A stretch of 64,000 nucleotides of DNA, taken from Octopus vulgaris. Taxonomy: Eukaryota. Where the stretch lies: the NCBI GenBank assembly GCA_951406725.2, contig OX597829.1, positions 26,412,001 to 26,476,000 on the forward strand, given 5' to 3'. Below are positions 15,914 to 29,332 of the stretch, one piece after another. Each line of letters opens with the position of its first letter. Position 1 is the stretch's first letter. The notes under the pieces are model-generated. The model was given only the letters and a program-made list of their open reading frames with translations. It ran no database searches and was not told the DNA's origin. The position numbers and the translations under genes were made by a program.

Positions 15914-16143
15914 TGTGTATGTTTGTGTGTCTGTGCTTGTCCCCTTAGCATTGCTTGACAACCGATGCTGGTGTGTTTATGTCCCCGTCACTTAGCGGTT
16001 CGGCAAAAGAGACCGATAGAATAAATACTAGGCTTACAAAGAATAAGTCCCGAGGCCGGTTTGCTCGACTAAAGGCGGTGCTCCAGCATGGCCGCAGTCA
16101 AATGACTGAAACAAATAAAAGAGTAAAAAAGAGAGAGTAAAGA
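14855..16143 (+). mobile_element. Cluster of three SINE family A copies (about 14855-15045, 15168-15612, 15686-16143)
   Basis: Family motifs repeated in the same orientation, each split by (TA)n/(TG)n. Confidence 0.88.
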
Positions 16144-16154
16144 GCATATATATG

Positions 16155-16239
<85 letters not shown>

Positions 16240-16282
16240 GTATGTGTATGTGTGTGTGAGCGTGTATATATGTGTATATGAG

Positions 16283-16540
16283 AGTGCATGGCTTAGTAGT
16301 CACTATGGTGCATTCACGATCACGAGATCGCGGGTTCGATTCCCGTTAGGAGTGGCGCGTTATGCTCTTCAGTAAACCACTTCATTTCACACTGGTTAGT
16401 GATTCTTCGATACCTGACATGTGGCAAATCGTCCACCTCGACTGTCAATATCAATTTGATGAAGAGAGCGAATTAATGCACAGCGCACATATTTGATCAT
16501 TTCAAACGAATCATCTGTGTAAGCAACAAATTGCGGAATA
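16283..16540 (+). mobile_element. SINE family C (tRNA-derived)
   Basis: GTGCATGGCTTAGTAGT...CACGATCACGAGATCGCGGGTTCGATTCCC head; body similar to 18393 and 26353. Confidence 0.75.
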
Positions 16541-16599
16541 CTCGTTCGTCGTTGTGTACCCACACAACCACCCTACACGCACGCGCGCGCGCGCACTGT

Positions 16600-16950
16600 A
16601 CGTGGCTGTGTTGTAAGAAAATTGCTTACCAACCACATAGTCTCGGGTTTAATCCCTCTGCGTCGCACATTAGGCAAGTGTCTTCTACTATAACCTCAGG
16701 CCGACCAAAGCCTTGTGAGTGGATTTGACAGAGGGAAACTGAAAGAAGCCCGTTGTATATATGTATCTTTGCGATTGTGTTTGTCCTCCATCAACACTCG
16801 ACAAGCGGTGTGTTTATGTACCCGTAATCGAGCGTTTCGGCATAAGCAACCGATAGAACAAGTACTCGGCTTTAAAAATGTCCTGGGGTCGATTTATTCG
16901 ACTAAAACCCTTCAAAGTGGTGCCCCAGCATGCCAGCTGTCAAATAAGTG
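16600..16950 (+). mobile_element. SINE family A, diverged copy
   Basis: GTGGCTGTGTTGTAAG...GCCTTGTGAGTGGATTTG...GGTGCCCCAGCATG. Confidence 0.82.
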
Positions 16951-17123
16951 ATACACACACACACACATATATATATATATGTGTATGTATGTATGTATGT
17001 ATGTATGTATGTATGTATGTATATATATATATATACACACACACACATATATATGTATATATACATATACATACATATATATATATATATATGTATGTAT
17101 ATATATATGTACGTATATATATG

Positions 17124-17191
<68 letters not shown>

Positions 17192-17333
17192 TATGTGTGT
17201 GCGTGTATATATATATACATACACACACACGTACATACATATATTTATATATATTGTTGTATTTAGGAATGGTCATTTGCCAGTTTAGCCAGTACCTCTA
17301 TGTATGTATATATATATATATAGAGAGAGAGAA

Positions 17334-17408
<75 letters not shown>

Positions 17409-17869
17409 TAAACAAAAATGCGGTAACAAAAGTAACTTGTATTTGATAACAGGGACAAACACCGGTAAGTTATATATTTTATAAAAAATAAATTCTTGAT
17501 TTATCAACACTATTTCTTCCTCTAGAGGATGTGTCATAATTACCTAATGGCAATAAAGACCAGTTCCAAATAAGGGACCGTTATCTCAAAATTCAAGATT
17601 TCTCCAAATCTGACATGCCATTAAAGGAAGAGGAGAGGCTTATCTTCAAGAGGTAAGAGGACAATCGTGGACACGCGTTTGTGACTCTGTAGTGGCTTCG
17701 AGTGAGAGATAATTGTAATAAATCAAAAAAAAAAATTCATATATATATACACCCAATTCATTCATTCTGTAGAAATCAGCCCTGAGGTTGAAGAAAGTAA
17801 AACTAGCGCAACGTTCCACAATATGGGTTTTGAATTCCAAGGCGATTTCATATTGTTGAAGCTTGTTAT

Positions 17870-17955
<86 letters not shown>

Positions 17956-17974
17956 TGTATGTATATACATGCAT

Positions 17975-18280
17975 AACTGGCACCCCGTGGTTTACGACGA
18001 CGAGGGTTTTAGCTGATCCAATTAGCGGAACAGAGTGCTCGCGAAAATAACGTGAGAGTGGGTTGAGCACTTCACTGACTTGCGTACCCTTAACGTAGTT
18101 CTCAGGGAGATTCGACGTGACATAGAATGGGACAAGGCCGACTTTTTGAAATACAGGTACTATTCACTTTTGCTAGCAGAGTGGACTGGAGCGACTTGAA
18201 ATAAAGTGTCTTGCTCAAGGACACACGACTCCACCGGGAATCGAACTCACAACCCTACGATCATGAGTCGAATCACTAAG
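17975..18280 (-). mobile_element. tRNA-derived SINE, family C-related
   Basis: Reverse strand GATCGTAGGGTTGTGAGTTCGATTCCCGG...TGTCCTTGAGCAAGACACTTTATTTC, shared with the 57298 copy. Confidence 0.78.
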
Positions 18281-18392
18281 GTACGCACACGCACACACAT
18301 ACACGCACACACATACACACGCGCATATGTATATATGCACACGCATGTATGTGTGTGTGTGTGTGTGTGTGTATTAATGTGTGTTTGAATGT

Positions 18393-18670
18393 GAGGGCGC
18401 ATAGCTTAAAGGTCAGGGTGTTGCCATCAAGGTCGCAAGGTCTTTGGTTCAATTCCTGGACCGAGTGGTACATTGTGTTGAGCAAAACATTTCATCTTGC
18501 GTTGCTCTATGATCACTTCGACGCCTGACGCGTGGTACACCGTGCAGCTGTTCAGACAACGTCACTTTGATGGAGGGAGTGACTTAATGAACAGCTCATA
18601 CATTTGATCTCTATAAACATATCATTTGAGCAGGATGTTCAGAAAGGAATTGCAGAACCGTCATTCTTGG
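18393..18670 (+). mobile_element. SINE family C
   Basis: GGGCGCATAGCTTAAAGGTCAGGG...GGTTCAATTCCTGGACC head; body shared with 16283 and 26353. Confidence 0.75.
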
Positions 18671-18693
18671 ACCATCATATATATATATATGAT

Positions 18694-19212
18694 ATAAACT
18701 TAGATAAACTTAGATATGTTTCGACCAAAGATTGGTCTAGGCCATGTCTAACTTAATCGCACCACCTGATAGGATTATCTAAATCCTGTTTAAGTCAAGT
18801 TTTGTTTATGGTCCATTCAGGTAGTGAGTTCTTGTTGAGTGAGTTGTATCCAGGTATGGGTGGCTTATCCGGTATTCTTTGAAGAAATCTATCCAGACTC
18901 CGTTTAAAGGTGATGGGATCCCTTTCCTCTTTGATCTCTTTCGGGACAATGTTAAACAGTGCAGGGCCTGTTGAGGAAAAGAAATTATGTTGCAGTATAC
19001 CTATATGCTTTTGATCAAGAATTTAGTAGGGGACGTATGGCCCATGGTCCCAGCCTTGGATGAACCTTGAAACTAATGTTCAGGTCGTTTGGGCAATGCT
19101 GGCGGTATATTCTCCACATCTTTCAAATGATGAACCGCTCGCGGCGGCGTTGGAGAGAGTAGAGTTTCAAGGTTTTAAGGCGGTCCCAATAATCGAGATC
19201 AGTCATGCCTTC
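18694..19212 (-). mobile_element. CR1-group LINE, 5'-truncated 3' end
   Basis: Minus translation GMTDLDYWDRLKTLKLYSLQRRRERFII...HPRLG...GPALFNIVPKEI; ends CATGGCC-hairpin-GAAAC plus tandem (CTAAGTTTAT)2 tail. Confidence 0.85.
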
Positions 19213-19564
19213 AATTCGTTTAGTGAGTACATATAACTTAAATAAGCATTAATATCGTTATTAATAATAATAATGATAATGGGGGTGGTTAGCAAGTTTA
19301 CATCTTTACAGGTAAAATACGAACTAAATTCATATTCAATTGGGTATTTAAATACCACTTGCAATCGCCCCAAAACCACCAATAACTCACTATTAAAATA
19401 CACACGAGTAGTGCAATGAATATAGCAGAAACAGACTTACTTTGCGTTAAATACAGAAAGAATGTGTATATATCAGTATCAATTGATTTCGCCCTCTATA
19501 TGAAAAACCATACTTTGAGCTCATCAGCTATATATATATATATATACAGCTACACACACATACA

Positions 19565-19768
<204 letters not shown>

Positions 19769-19789
19769 CTAGTTTTAAATCTCTGAGCG

Positions 19790-20195
19790 AGAAGTATGTA
19801 GTAACAGTACTCTACAGTAAAGTCTATTTGCTAACGTAAAGTGCTTGTCCTATACTGAGGAGAGATTCTCTGATGTCCGAACTACGCACTCTGTCAGGTG
19901 AGAAATGTATACGGTATCGAAACCAGAAAACCGGCCATTATGACCGGAGAAGGTAATCTTAACTAACTTTACTTTTGCGTGTATTCGTGATCGTATACTT
20001 TCTGTCATTTCCCAACATTCATGACCTTTACTGAAGCCAGGCACAGAAACTGAATTAAAGATAGCAAGTTTGGTTCTAGCATTCTAGCTCGTTACTGATT
20101 TGCAGGTGCTAGAACTTGCAATTCTAGCGTTCAATTCAACCTCCTACTTCCCATCATTAGTGTATACTGCACAAAATACTTAAACTTCTCTTGTC
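19790..20195 (-). mobile_element. RTE-clade LINE fragment
   Basis: Minus translation TNDGK*EVELNARIAS...TKLAIFNSVSVPGFSKGHECWEMTESIRSRIHA matches the RTE post-RT motif (TKLxIFxSVFVPxLxYGHExW). Confidence 0.7.
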
Positions 20196-20394
20196 TTTAT
20201 AATTTTAATGGTTTCAGCCAGAACCTTGGCCATGCTGGGGAATCGGCACTAGCATTAATGCTTGTTTATTTTAGATGCAGTTTCCGACACTGTGCTTGGG
20301 CTCGGGTTTGGTGAAGTAGTGAATTGGACAGAACGGCTCTTCTTCGTATTTCTTGTTATGATGTGGATTAATCTGGACGCTAACAAAGACACTA

Positions 20395-20570
20395 ACACCC
20401 CCCCCTACACATACAACGATCTTCTTTCGGTTTTTGTCGACTAAATCCACACACAAGATTTTGGTCGGTCTGAGGTTATGGTATAAAAAAAACTTGCTCA
20501 AGGTGTCACACTGTGGGACTGAACCAGGACCCATACGTTTGGAAAGGAAGGTTCTTTCTAGACAGGTATA
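20395..20570 (-). mobile_element. SINE family A, 5' half
   Basis: Reverse of GGTTCAGTCCCACAGTGTGACACCTTGAGCAAG...TTGTGTGTGGATTTAGTCGAC. Confidence 0.7.
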
Positions 20571-21004
20571 AAAATAATATACTTAATGAGAAAGACTAAC
20601 ATTTTGCAAGTGATAAAAAGTGGAAATTAAATGGAAATAAGGATTAAATATTAAAATGAAAAAATAAGGGCAAATGCGTATGAGGGGAAAATAAATATAA
20701 AGAATAAATAAATAAATAAATAAATAAATTGAACATAATTTTACTGTGAGGGTGAAGGGGAAGTTGAGTTTAAAGAGAAGGAGAGGAGAAAAAAGGAGAA
20801 AATGTAGCGAGAAACTAGGACTAAGAGATATATATCTGTATGTCTATGTTTACATTGATGTAGCATCATTTAGCGTTTTATAACTTGGAGTTAAAGGAAG
20901 GGGTTGGAGCAATAGAAAGTTGGGGGTGGGTTAAATAGAAGGAAAAAACAAAGCCCGAACACACAGACACAGTAAAAACTGGTTGAAACAATGACTGATA
21001 AAGT

Positions 21005-21035
<31 letters not shown>

Positions 21036-21482
21036 AATGACATGGGTATATAAAGTGTATATCAAAGGATATTCATAGAAAATCTTCATAAGAAAAATGT
21101 TAAAAGGAACAAATGTATATATAAAAATGAATATAACCCCAAAAAATAAATAGAGAAAAAATGTGTATATTAATCACACAGGCGTAGTAAAAGTCAAACA
21201 CTATACGGTTCAGTTTCAAAATATACTCCTGTATAGCAATAGTGTATATATACACTATTACATACATGCATACTTAAATACATACACATACACATACATA
21301 CATATGTACATACAAACACACGTGCATGCATGTATATACATATAATACACACACATACATACACACACACATGAATATATATGATATAAAAATGCATTAT
21401 TTGTACATATACGTATACATGCACATACTTGCATGTATATACACATACTTGCATATACGTACTTACTTACATTCATACATAC

Positions 21483-21513
<31 letters not shown>

Positions 21514-21839
21514 CATACGTATGTAGTAAATGATGAAATAAAAAATAACGTAAAGTTACCGAATGATAAATAATTATAAAAATATAATAATAATAATGAA
21601 CAACATGTGTAAGATATATCTAGAACACTGAGTGGGGAGAAGAAGACACATAATATGAAATATTAAATAAATATTATAAAAGTAAAAAGATATATAGAAA
21701 TGAACTCTACGGTCGGAAATAAAGTATTACGGAAAAATAAAAGAAAAAAAAGCAAAGTACCCAACAAATATCGAGTTATATTAAACTAATGAGTCCAAAT
21801 AGATCGATAATAATTTCAAAGCTTATATAAGCTGCAAAC

Positions 21840-23500
21840 CTAACCATTTGGTGGTGACAGTGTATAAATTAAGTATTTTGAAAAATGTCTACATAAACTC
21901 AAAAGCTCAGATTTTCGCTTCAATGTAGATTTATCTGGGAGCAGGATAAACTACTTTTGACTCAAGCACAACATATATCTCATCGAATTTCTGTACGATC
22001 TACGCCTGTAAGGACTAGTTTTCTCTATCATAGACCATTGTATCTTGAAGGAGGTAGGACCAGCTTCTTTCACTAGCCATGTGTTAGATAAACTCGTCAA
22101 TGATCTATTCTGCGGATATTTAAATGAATTCTTATGTAAATAAAGTATTGTTTTGAAGTTATTTTCTGTAGCTCCAGTATAAGTATTATATATTGGAGAA
22201 TTTTCAATTTGTACCTTATCCGCATATACAACTCCTTTAATCCAGCAACTACCATTTAAAGGGTAGCAACAAGATAAAGTTTTGCCAACAAGAACAGCTA
22301 ACCTCAGAGTTCTCCCGTTAAAAATCTTGTAATATTATGGTCCATGGGAAAATGTCTGGATATTAAATTTTCAAATTCTCCAAGTACATTAGTCCTAACG
22401 TTCATGCTAGATATTGGGTTCAACTAAATATTTCTAGTTCTAGTCTTGCAATAAATAACATCTTCCGGTGTTATTTCATGGGAGATCTTGGAAAATCCGT
22501 TACTATCTAATACGGCAGCATTAAAATCTGCTTTGTCCAACGACAAGGAAGAAACTCGCTTATCTATATTACTAACCATAATATTGTGAATACAGCGCGA
22601 GTGATTTGAACGTTTAATAATATAGAATAGCTTTTCATTAGGCTTACGATACGGTTTAAGGATATTAGCTAATTTAAGGTGATATCTAAGAAGTTAACAC
22701 TACTAAGATTTGGGTGAAGGTCCTGGGTTACTGGATGAATGCAATAGATTTTTCCTAAGGTCATTGAACTTATGCTCGTTGGTATTATGAGTGACAATTA
22801 GGCTATCATCCCTGTATGGACCTGCTTCTAAAAAGGGAATTCTATTTGCAAATAATGTAAAATATATACCAGCATGAGTATGTGTAATATTGTTTCTGTG
22901 CGATCGTATGCGCTCATATGCACAAGGAATAAAGCGTCGGCGTTTTCTTTGACCAAATTAGAGTCGTTAAAACAATAAGTATTTCTTGACATGAAGGAAG
23001 ATGTCAGTATCCAAGTCAGGATAGATATTCTTTAGCAAAATAAAAGAAAGGCTTTGTCATCGATTGGTAAGTTCACGATAAGAAACCGAGTAAACCTATA
23101 TTTACACACACACACACACATACAAACATGCACACATACATATATACATACATACACACAAACATACATAATATATAGATAGATACATACATACACACAT
23201 ACATATATACACATAAATAAATACATATACATATATGTATATATATGAACGACAAAAATGGCTCTCAACATATTTGGTAGGACTTACATATATTATTTAA
23301 TAACAGATTTATTTGGTTCCATGCACCTTACAGTTTCGAGGGCTCTTAAAACAAATATAGCTCTTCCGGCTTAGGTTAGCGAATGGAGGAAGTTCAAGAA
23401 GGCAAACGAAGATTTGGCAGCTATTGGTCAAGGCAGATCACGTAAAATAGTTGATATTCGTGTTAATATAGTAGTAACATCATTTAGAATCCTAATCTTG
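21840..23500 (-). pseudogene. Decayed Naiad-type Penelope-like element (RT + C-terminal GIY-YIG), interrupted by a microsatellite at about 23100-23245
   Basis: Minus-strand motifs in order: HMSAYDRTE, GPYRDDSL (22805-22816), VNFLDITLN, KPYRKPNEK..SNH, CYPLNGSC..GVVY..TYTGATENNFK, LKRKSELLSLCRH, then stop at about 21840; many frameshifts; absent from the ORF track. Confidence 0.82.
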
Positions 23501-23798
23501 TGTTCTGGAACAGCATGATTGGACAGGATGTTGGTGGCGCCTCGCTATCTGAGGAACGGATAGGGAATTGCTAGCGACACTAAATGCCAGTGTGCACGCG
23601 TGTGTGTATGTCTGGCGTATGTGTCATGATGTGTGCACTTATGGGGCCGGGGCGTGAGTATACTGATGCGGTGGTGCTTTGTGTTCGGTGTCATGCGCAG
23701 GCAACTGCATCACTGAGCGGGTAACCAGGTGTGTTGCTGGGATAAGATTAGGTGATGTTAGAGAAAGAATCAAAGAAAGAGGGGGAAGCTTATACATA

Positions 23799-23954
<156 letters not shown>

Positions 23955-23959
23955 TATAC

Positions 23960-23990
<31 letters not shown>

Positions 23991-24044
23991 CATACATACA
24001 TACATACATACATACATACATACATACATACATACATACATACA

Positions 24045-24076
<32 letters not shown>

Positions 24077-24186
24077 CATAGTTGTATATAAAAGCAACCA
24101 TGAAAGATTACAGAAAATACATAAAACTCTATTTGATTTTCAGCTGATTGTTGTTGCTGTTGCTATTGTTGTTATTGTTGTTTTTG

Positions 24187-24257
<71 letters not shown>

Positions 24258-24420
24258 TCGCCCGTTACTACATTCTGAGTTCAAATTTCGCCGAAGTTGA
24301 CGTTACCTCTCATCCTTTCCGGGTCGATAAATTAAGTATCAGTTGAGCAGTGGGGTCGATGTAATTGTCTAGTCGTCTCACTCCAAATTTCAGTCGTTGT
24401 GCTTATAGTAGAAAGGATTA
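24258..24420 (+). mobile_element. SINE family B, 5'-truncated
   Basis: TTCTGAGTTCAAATTTCGCCGAAGTTGAC...CATCCTTTCCGGGTCGATAAATTAAGTATCAG, following (ATT)n. Confidence 0.78.
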
Positions 24421-24422
24421 TG

Positions 24423-24760
24423 ATTACCTCCGCCTTAGCGAATGCGTAGGTATTGTTTTTTGTCGTGTTTGTGCTTGTGGACAAGATACCTCAAGAACCG
24501 CTGGATGGATTTGGATGAAACTTTCAGGGATGTTTGGCCTCGTGACTGGCACGGACTGATTAGATTTTGGGATCGATCTGGTGCAGAGGATTCTGGATTA
24601 TTTGTTATATTTACTTTACCTTACATGATTACGATCTTACGTTGACTTTCAAGTCTTTCTGAATTATCTCCCTTCAGGCGGAACCTTTCTCCTTTTGGGG
24701 CGAATTTTCAATTTAAATTCTCCATTTTTTTATTTTTCAATTTTAAAATTTGTAAAAATG
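24423..24760 (+). mobile_element. Helentron-associated (HINE/DINE-like) non-autonomous element fragment
   Basis: Starts ATTACCTCCGCC..., then CTCAAGAACCGCTGGATGGATTTGGATGAAACTTTCAGG and GATTAGATTTTGGG, motifs typical of such elements; right boundary uncertain. Confidence 0.55.
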
Positions 24761-24774
24761 TACTTGTTGAATAG

Positions 24775-26159
24775 TGTCAGCTCTTCCTTTCTTTTTGATT
24801 TCCCCCCTCTGCTGTCGGAAGACTGCCAAAAAAGTCTTGCCAGAGGAACAAAAAGCATCAACAAATTTCGACCCACTGGAACTACCCCTTTCCGATTCTG
24901 ACCACTCAGATATGTAGTGCGGAGAGGCCGATAGAACTGAGTGGACAGAAGTTACATGTAAAAGACTAAGAAAAAGGCACAACAGTACACCAACATATAA
25001 ACAAGCAGTACCCACCAAAAAGCAATCAAAATCACCCGAAAACCACAACACACCACCACTCACGTTTCCAACACCTTCACCAACACCACCACTACCAACA
25101 TCATAAACGCAACCAGGAGTACAAGGCACAACACGGTCAACACAAAAAGTAAACGAAAACAACAAAAACATCACAAAACTCACTGTCATAAACACACAAC
25201 ACAAACTTACTATTATACATAAAGAAAAATACAGACATCAGTATGACTGACTTTGCTTCCTCCACAGATAACACACCGCCATCACACATACAGATACTTC
25301 GAACACTGCAACATACATACGGCAACATAAAATTCAAATTTCCACAAACAGTTGGAGGCTTCAACACAAAAGTGTCCTGGAGCCTCTATAAATCCTTGGT
25401 CATGGAGACTACCACACCACACCCCACTTAAGGAGTGGGATATCTGCCCCGCTCCAATCCCAGAGTGCTAACGGTAAGTACTCCTCTCCTTTTTCTCTTT
25501 ATCAGCCACTGAAATGGTCATGCTCAAAACAGGTTGCATAAATGTACGTGGCCTGGGGTCCCCTTGGAAACAAGGTCACCTACTCAACGACCTCAGGTCA
25601 CGGGGAATGGATGTAATAGCCATTAACAAATCCAGACTAACCGAACCGCAAGCTTTCATGCTCATTTTCGATGACTACGAGATCTATGCATCTTCTTGTC
25701 GGCGGGGAATGGGTGGTTGGGGTACTGCGGTCTTGTTTTGGAATGGTCTGGATCTCAAAATAAAGTCAGTCTTCTTGGACCTAGAAGGTAAGCTGGTGGT
25801 CCTGGACATGAATGGTAGTAACGGTGGGGCCTTCAGACTGGTGACTGTTTACGCACCGACAGGTACAGGACTTTGAGCATACGTATTTGAGTTTCCAAGG
25901 CTGAGAGAGAGAGAGAGAGAGAGAAAGATGGGGAGAGGTCTGTTGCCCCAGTGGTCGTGGCGCTTGTGGATTTTTCGTGGGGTTTCCATGAATAGCCCAG
26001 CGTTGCTTGCCTCTTTTAGGCACTTTCTTTGTTATGTTTTTTTTTTCATTGTTATTGACTTTTTACACAACACTTTATGTAACCCCGCTTTGGCCTTCAT
26101 GTTTTGTATTGTCCAATCTTATTCTTGTCGGATTTATGGCTGATAAAGAATTATTACTC

Positions 26160-26160
<1 letters not shown>
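24775..26160 (+). mobile_element. Internally deleted Tx1/L1-clade LINE
   Basis: AC-rich ORF1-like remnant, APE N-terminus at 25514, abrupt jump at about 25870 to a T-rich 3' UTR ending GGCTGATAAAGAA + (TTA)n. Confidence 0.72.
25514..25876 (+). pseudogene. Truncated apurinic-like endonuclease (LINE ORF2 N-terminus, Tx1/L1 type)
   Basis: MLKTGCINVRGL...DVIAINKSR...GTAVLF...LEGKLVVLD...FRLVTVYAP; the conserved QET position is degenerate (NKS); stops after VYAP. Confidence 0.85.
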
Positions 26161-26223
<63 letters not shown>

Positions 26224-26352
26224 ACTGGAGTCGATGTAATCGACAAGTCCCATCCCTCAAAATTTCAGGCCTTGTGCCTTTAATAGAAAAGATTGGTATT
26301 GCTGCTGCTGCTGCTGTTGTTGGTGTTGTTGTTGTTGTTGTTGTTAGATGAT

Positions 26353-26625
26353 GAATGGCCTAGTGGTTAGGGTATTGTACTCACGATCACGAGATCATGG
26401 TTTCAATTCCTAGACCGGGTGGTGCATTGTGTTGTTGATCAACACAATTCATCTCACGTTACTCCGCGGTCACTTCGACACAGCGGTGTGTAGTATACCG
26501 TGCATCTGTTCAGGCAGTGTCGATTTAATGGCGGGAGTGAGCTGCTAATGTACACCACATACAATAAAAATCATTTTTGCTGGCAAAAAGCTGAACAATC
26601 AAACGTCGTCTTCGACAAGAAAGTC
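26353..26625 (+). mobile_element. SINE family C
   Basis: ATGGCCTAGTGGTTAGGG...CACGATCACGAGATCATGGTTTCAATTCCTAGACCGGG. Confidence 0.78.
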
Positions 26626-27185
26626 CTTTATTATTATTTATGTTAGTGTTCTTTCGTCACACATTCAATAACCTCTTCAGCGATTTACTATCCCTCGTGT
26701 CTCCTCTTCTCTTTTGTCTTGTCTTGTCTGTTCCATTTTATCTTTCTGTGGTACGTATCCCTATCTGCGCATGCGTTTACGTCTATATCTATTTGTGTGT
26801 GTGTGTGTGTGTGTGTGTGTTGTGTGCTTGTATATGGGTTTGTATATCACACTCTTTGTACCCGTGTCTTGTTATTTATTTACTTATTTATTTTTCATTT
26901 ATTTTTTTTTTTTTTCTCTTTATGTCTTTAGTCGTCCACCTCACTACGCAACCCGACGACTAAAAACGGAATGATAAATAAATAAATAGATAAATAAATA
27001 AAATACACGAATACAAACAGTTTAATATACAAACCTATATACATACACAAAACACACATGCTTAAGCACAAGAGGATACACGTGAGACAGAATGTTGTTG
27101 AATAGGTCTCAGAATATGTGACGAAAGAAGTTTGACAAATAAACTAATAATAATAATAATAATAATGTTGATGATGATGATGATG

Positions 27186-27256
<71 letters not shown>

Positions 27257-27261
27257 TGATT

Positions 27262-27758
27262 AGAAGTTTCATCATGTACATTGTTTTGTCATGGTATAAA
27301 AGATGGTCACAGCAAATATTCTGCTCAATACCACAGATTCGCTTGTCGCTTGACCGTAACCAGTTGAGCATGCCCCTTAGTGGCTGACGATATGTGCATT
27401 TCTGATCACGAGCAGAAGTAGTGGGGGAGCATCATAGTCGTGTGTTGAAAGGAATTCTTAGAGGTCTGGATAATTCACCTTTGGAAACATGGGTGGTTCG
27501 TTCAACATCCTTAAACAACCCTTGTTCAGGGACCTTTTGAGCGGGATGGGTTACTCGACCAGAAGAAAATTCTAACTGGGCCCCACCTGCAAGGTCATGC
27601 GCTGTTTATCTTGATATGAGATCACCATGTCGCGCACATATGGTTGTGATGCATGTGCCTGATGTACCCGTATCAGACAGGTAGCCATGATGAGTTTGCT
27701 GGACTTCGTTATATTTTACCTCAGTGCCACTTTGATGGCATGTATTGCTCTCTCACTC
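27262..27758 (+). repeat. About 500 bp non-coding island embedded in (AAT)n; probable retroelement 3' UTR or non-autonomous element
   Basis: Higher-GC island bounded by (AAT)n on both sides, ending GCTCTCTCACTC-(AAT)n; no credible ORF; single copy in this window. Confidence 0.45.
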
Positions 27759-27849
<91 letters not shown>

Positions 27850-27851
<2 letters not shown>

Positions 27852-28960
27852 ATAATGATTTTTCAATTGGCCACAAGTGCTCAAGACATGGAGGACAATA
27901 TCGAAGGACGACTTACAGCACACAAAACAAAACAAAAACGAAAAGTACAAAAAACAGAAACAAAACCAGGTGGGGTTTACATCGATCACTCCTACATTAA
28001 AGGATATAATAGAGTACTATAATAGAAACAAGAGAAATAAATAAATAATAAATAAATAAGTAAATAGAATCCACTTAGGATAATCCGGGGTAAACCCCCA
28101 TGCAAAAGTCCTGGATTACTCTGCAATCCCCAAGGCATGGGAAAGTGCCCTTTTCCAGTTTCTTTCCTCCTGCTTAGAAAAGCATTTTCACACTTGATCC
28201 ATTCAGTCTCACCAGTCTTGCCACTGTCAACCACCTTTTGATAAACACAGTAGAAGGCAGCACCTTCTTTTCTATCCTCACCTTCCGCTTCAAATGATAT
28301 TTGAAGATGATGAGGGCTTGGCCAGAGAGGAAAGTACCTGTCTTCAAACCTTTCAGGCGGGTCCCCCACACAGCCTCTTTTGCTACAGTCAGTAAGTACA
28401 GAAAGATCTGCCTTCCTTCTCTGCTAAGGGAAGGTGGTGCGTTGATCTTCACTGTACACCCGGCAGACAGCTGAATTCATCTTACTCGCGACAACAGTAG
28501 ATCCACAGTTCCACAACTCTCTAACGCATAAACACTGAATTATTGCTTGCAGGAAAGTTTCGTCCCCTTGCGAGCTTCTTGGGTAGGTTCAGCTGTTGGT
28601 TCTTCCACGCCTGAAGAGCTTGTCTCGAACAAGTAATGCCCCGCTCCCCATTAACTTTTGGAAATAGTCCATAATCTTCGACACGAAGGTCTATTCAGAC
28701 TGTTCTCGTCAAAGCCTAGATTCAATCCTGAGCCATCGTCGCTCAAACCCTCAACTAACCCTCTATAGAAATCTTGGGTTGTTTTCCAGCTAACCGTTTT
28801 GTGCAGCTGGTACAATGCAGTGAGCGCCTGACAATATTCTAGATGCCAAATGCCCAACCTTGGTTTAGGTTTGACCCATGACTGCAGCTCTGTCAATGAG
28901 ATGAACTGCGGAAAAACGTATCGCACGAAGGTTACCTACACCAGTTCACCCTTATTTTCC
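27850..28960 (-). mobile_element. Tx1/L1-clade LINE, 3' portion
   Basis: Minus ORFs give TQDFYRGLVEG and QIFLYLLTVAKEAVWGTRLKG...FIKRWLTV (L1/Tx1 C-terminal region), then a T-rich UTR ending CTTGTGGCCAATTGAAAAATC + (ATC)n/(ATT)n. Confidence 0.75.
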
Positions 28961-29029
28961 TCGCCAGCAAATAAGTAGTGTGCATGCAATTTTGGCAAAA
29001 AATGACTATCCTCAAATAAAAAATATCTT

Positions 29030-29206
29030 CATTATTTACAATTGACGGATATTTATCCTCATCTTGTTTGTTGTTAACGTCCAGCCTTCATCAGGTGTCT
29101 TGGGAAAATTTCGTACCTGGGTTCTCATTCCTAAGGTATTTTTCGATGTTGTTGTTATCATCATCATCACCATCATCATCACTATCATCATCACCATCAT
29201 CATCAC

Positions 29207-29276
<70 letters not shown>

Positions 29277-29280
29277 GTCG

Positions 29281-29332
<52 letters not shown>

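Noticed and set aside
21784-21812. CTAATGAGTCCAAATAGATCGATAA resembling a hammerhead
   Set aside because: Both core halves are imperfect, there is no stem I, and it is antisense to the adjacent Naiad fossil
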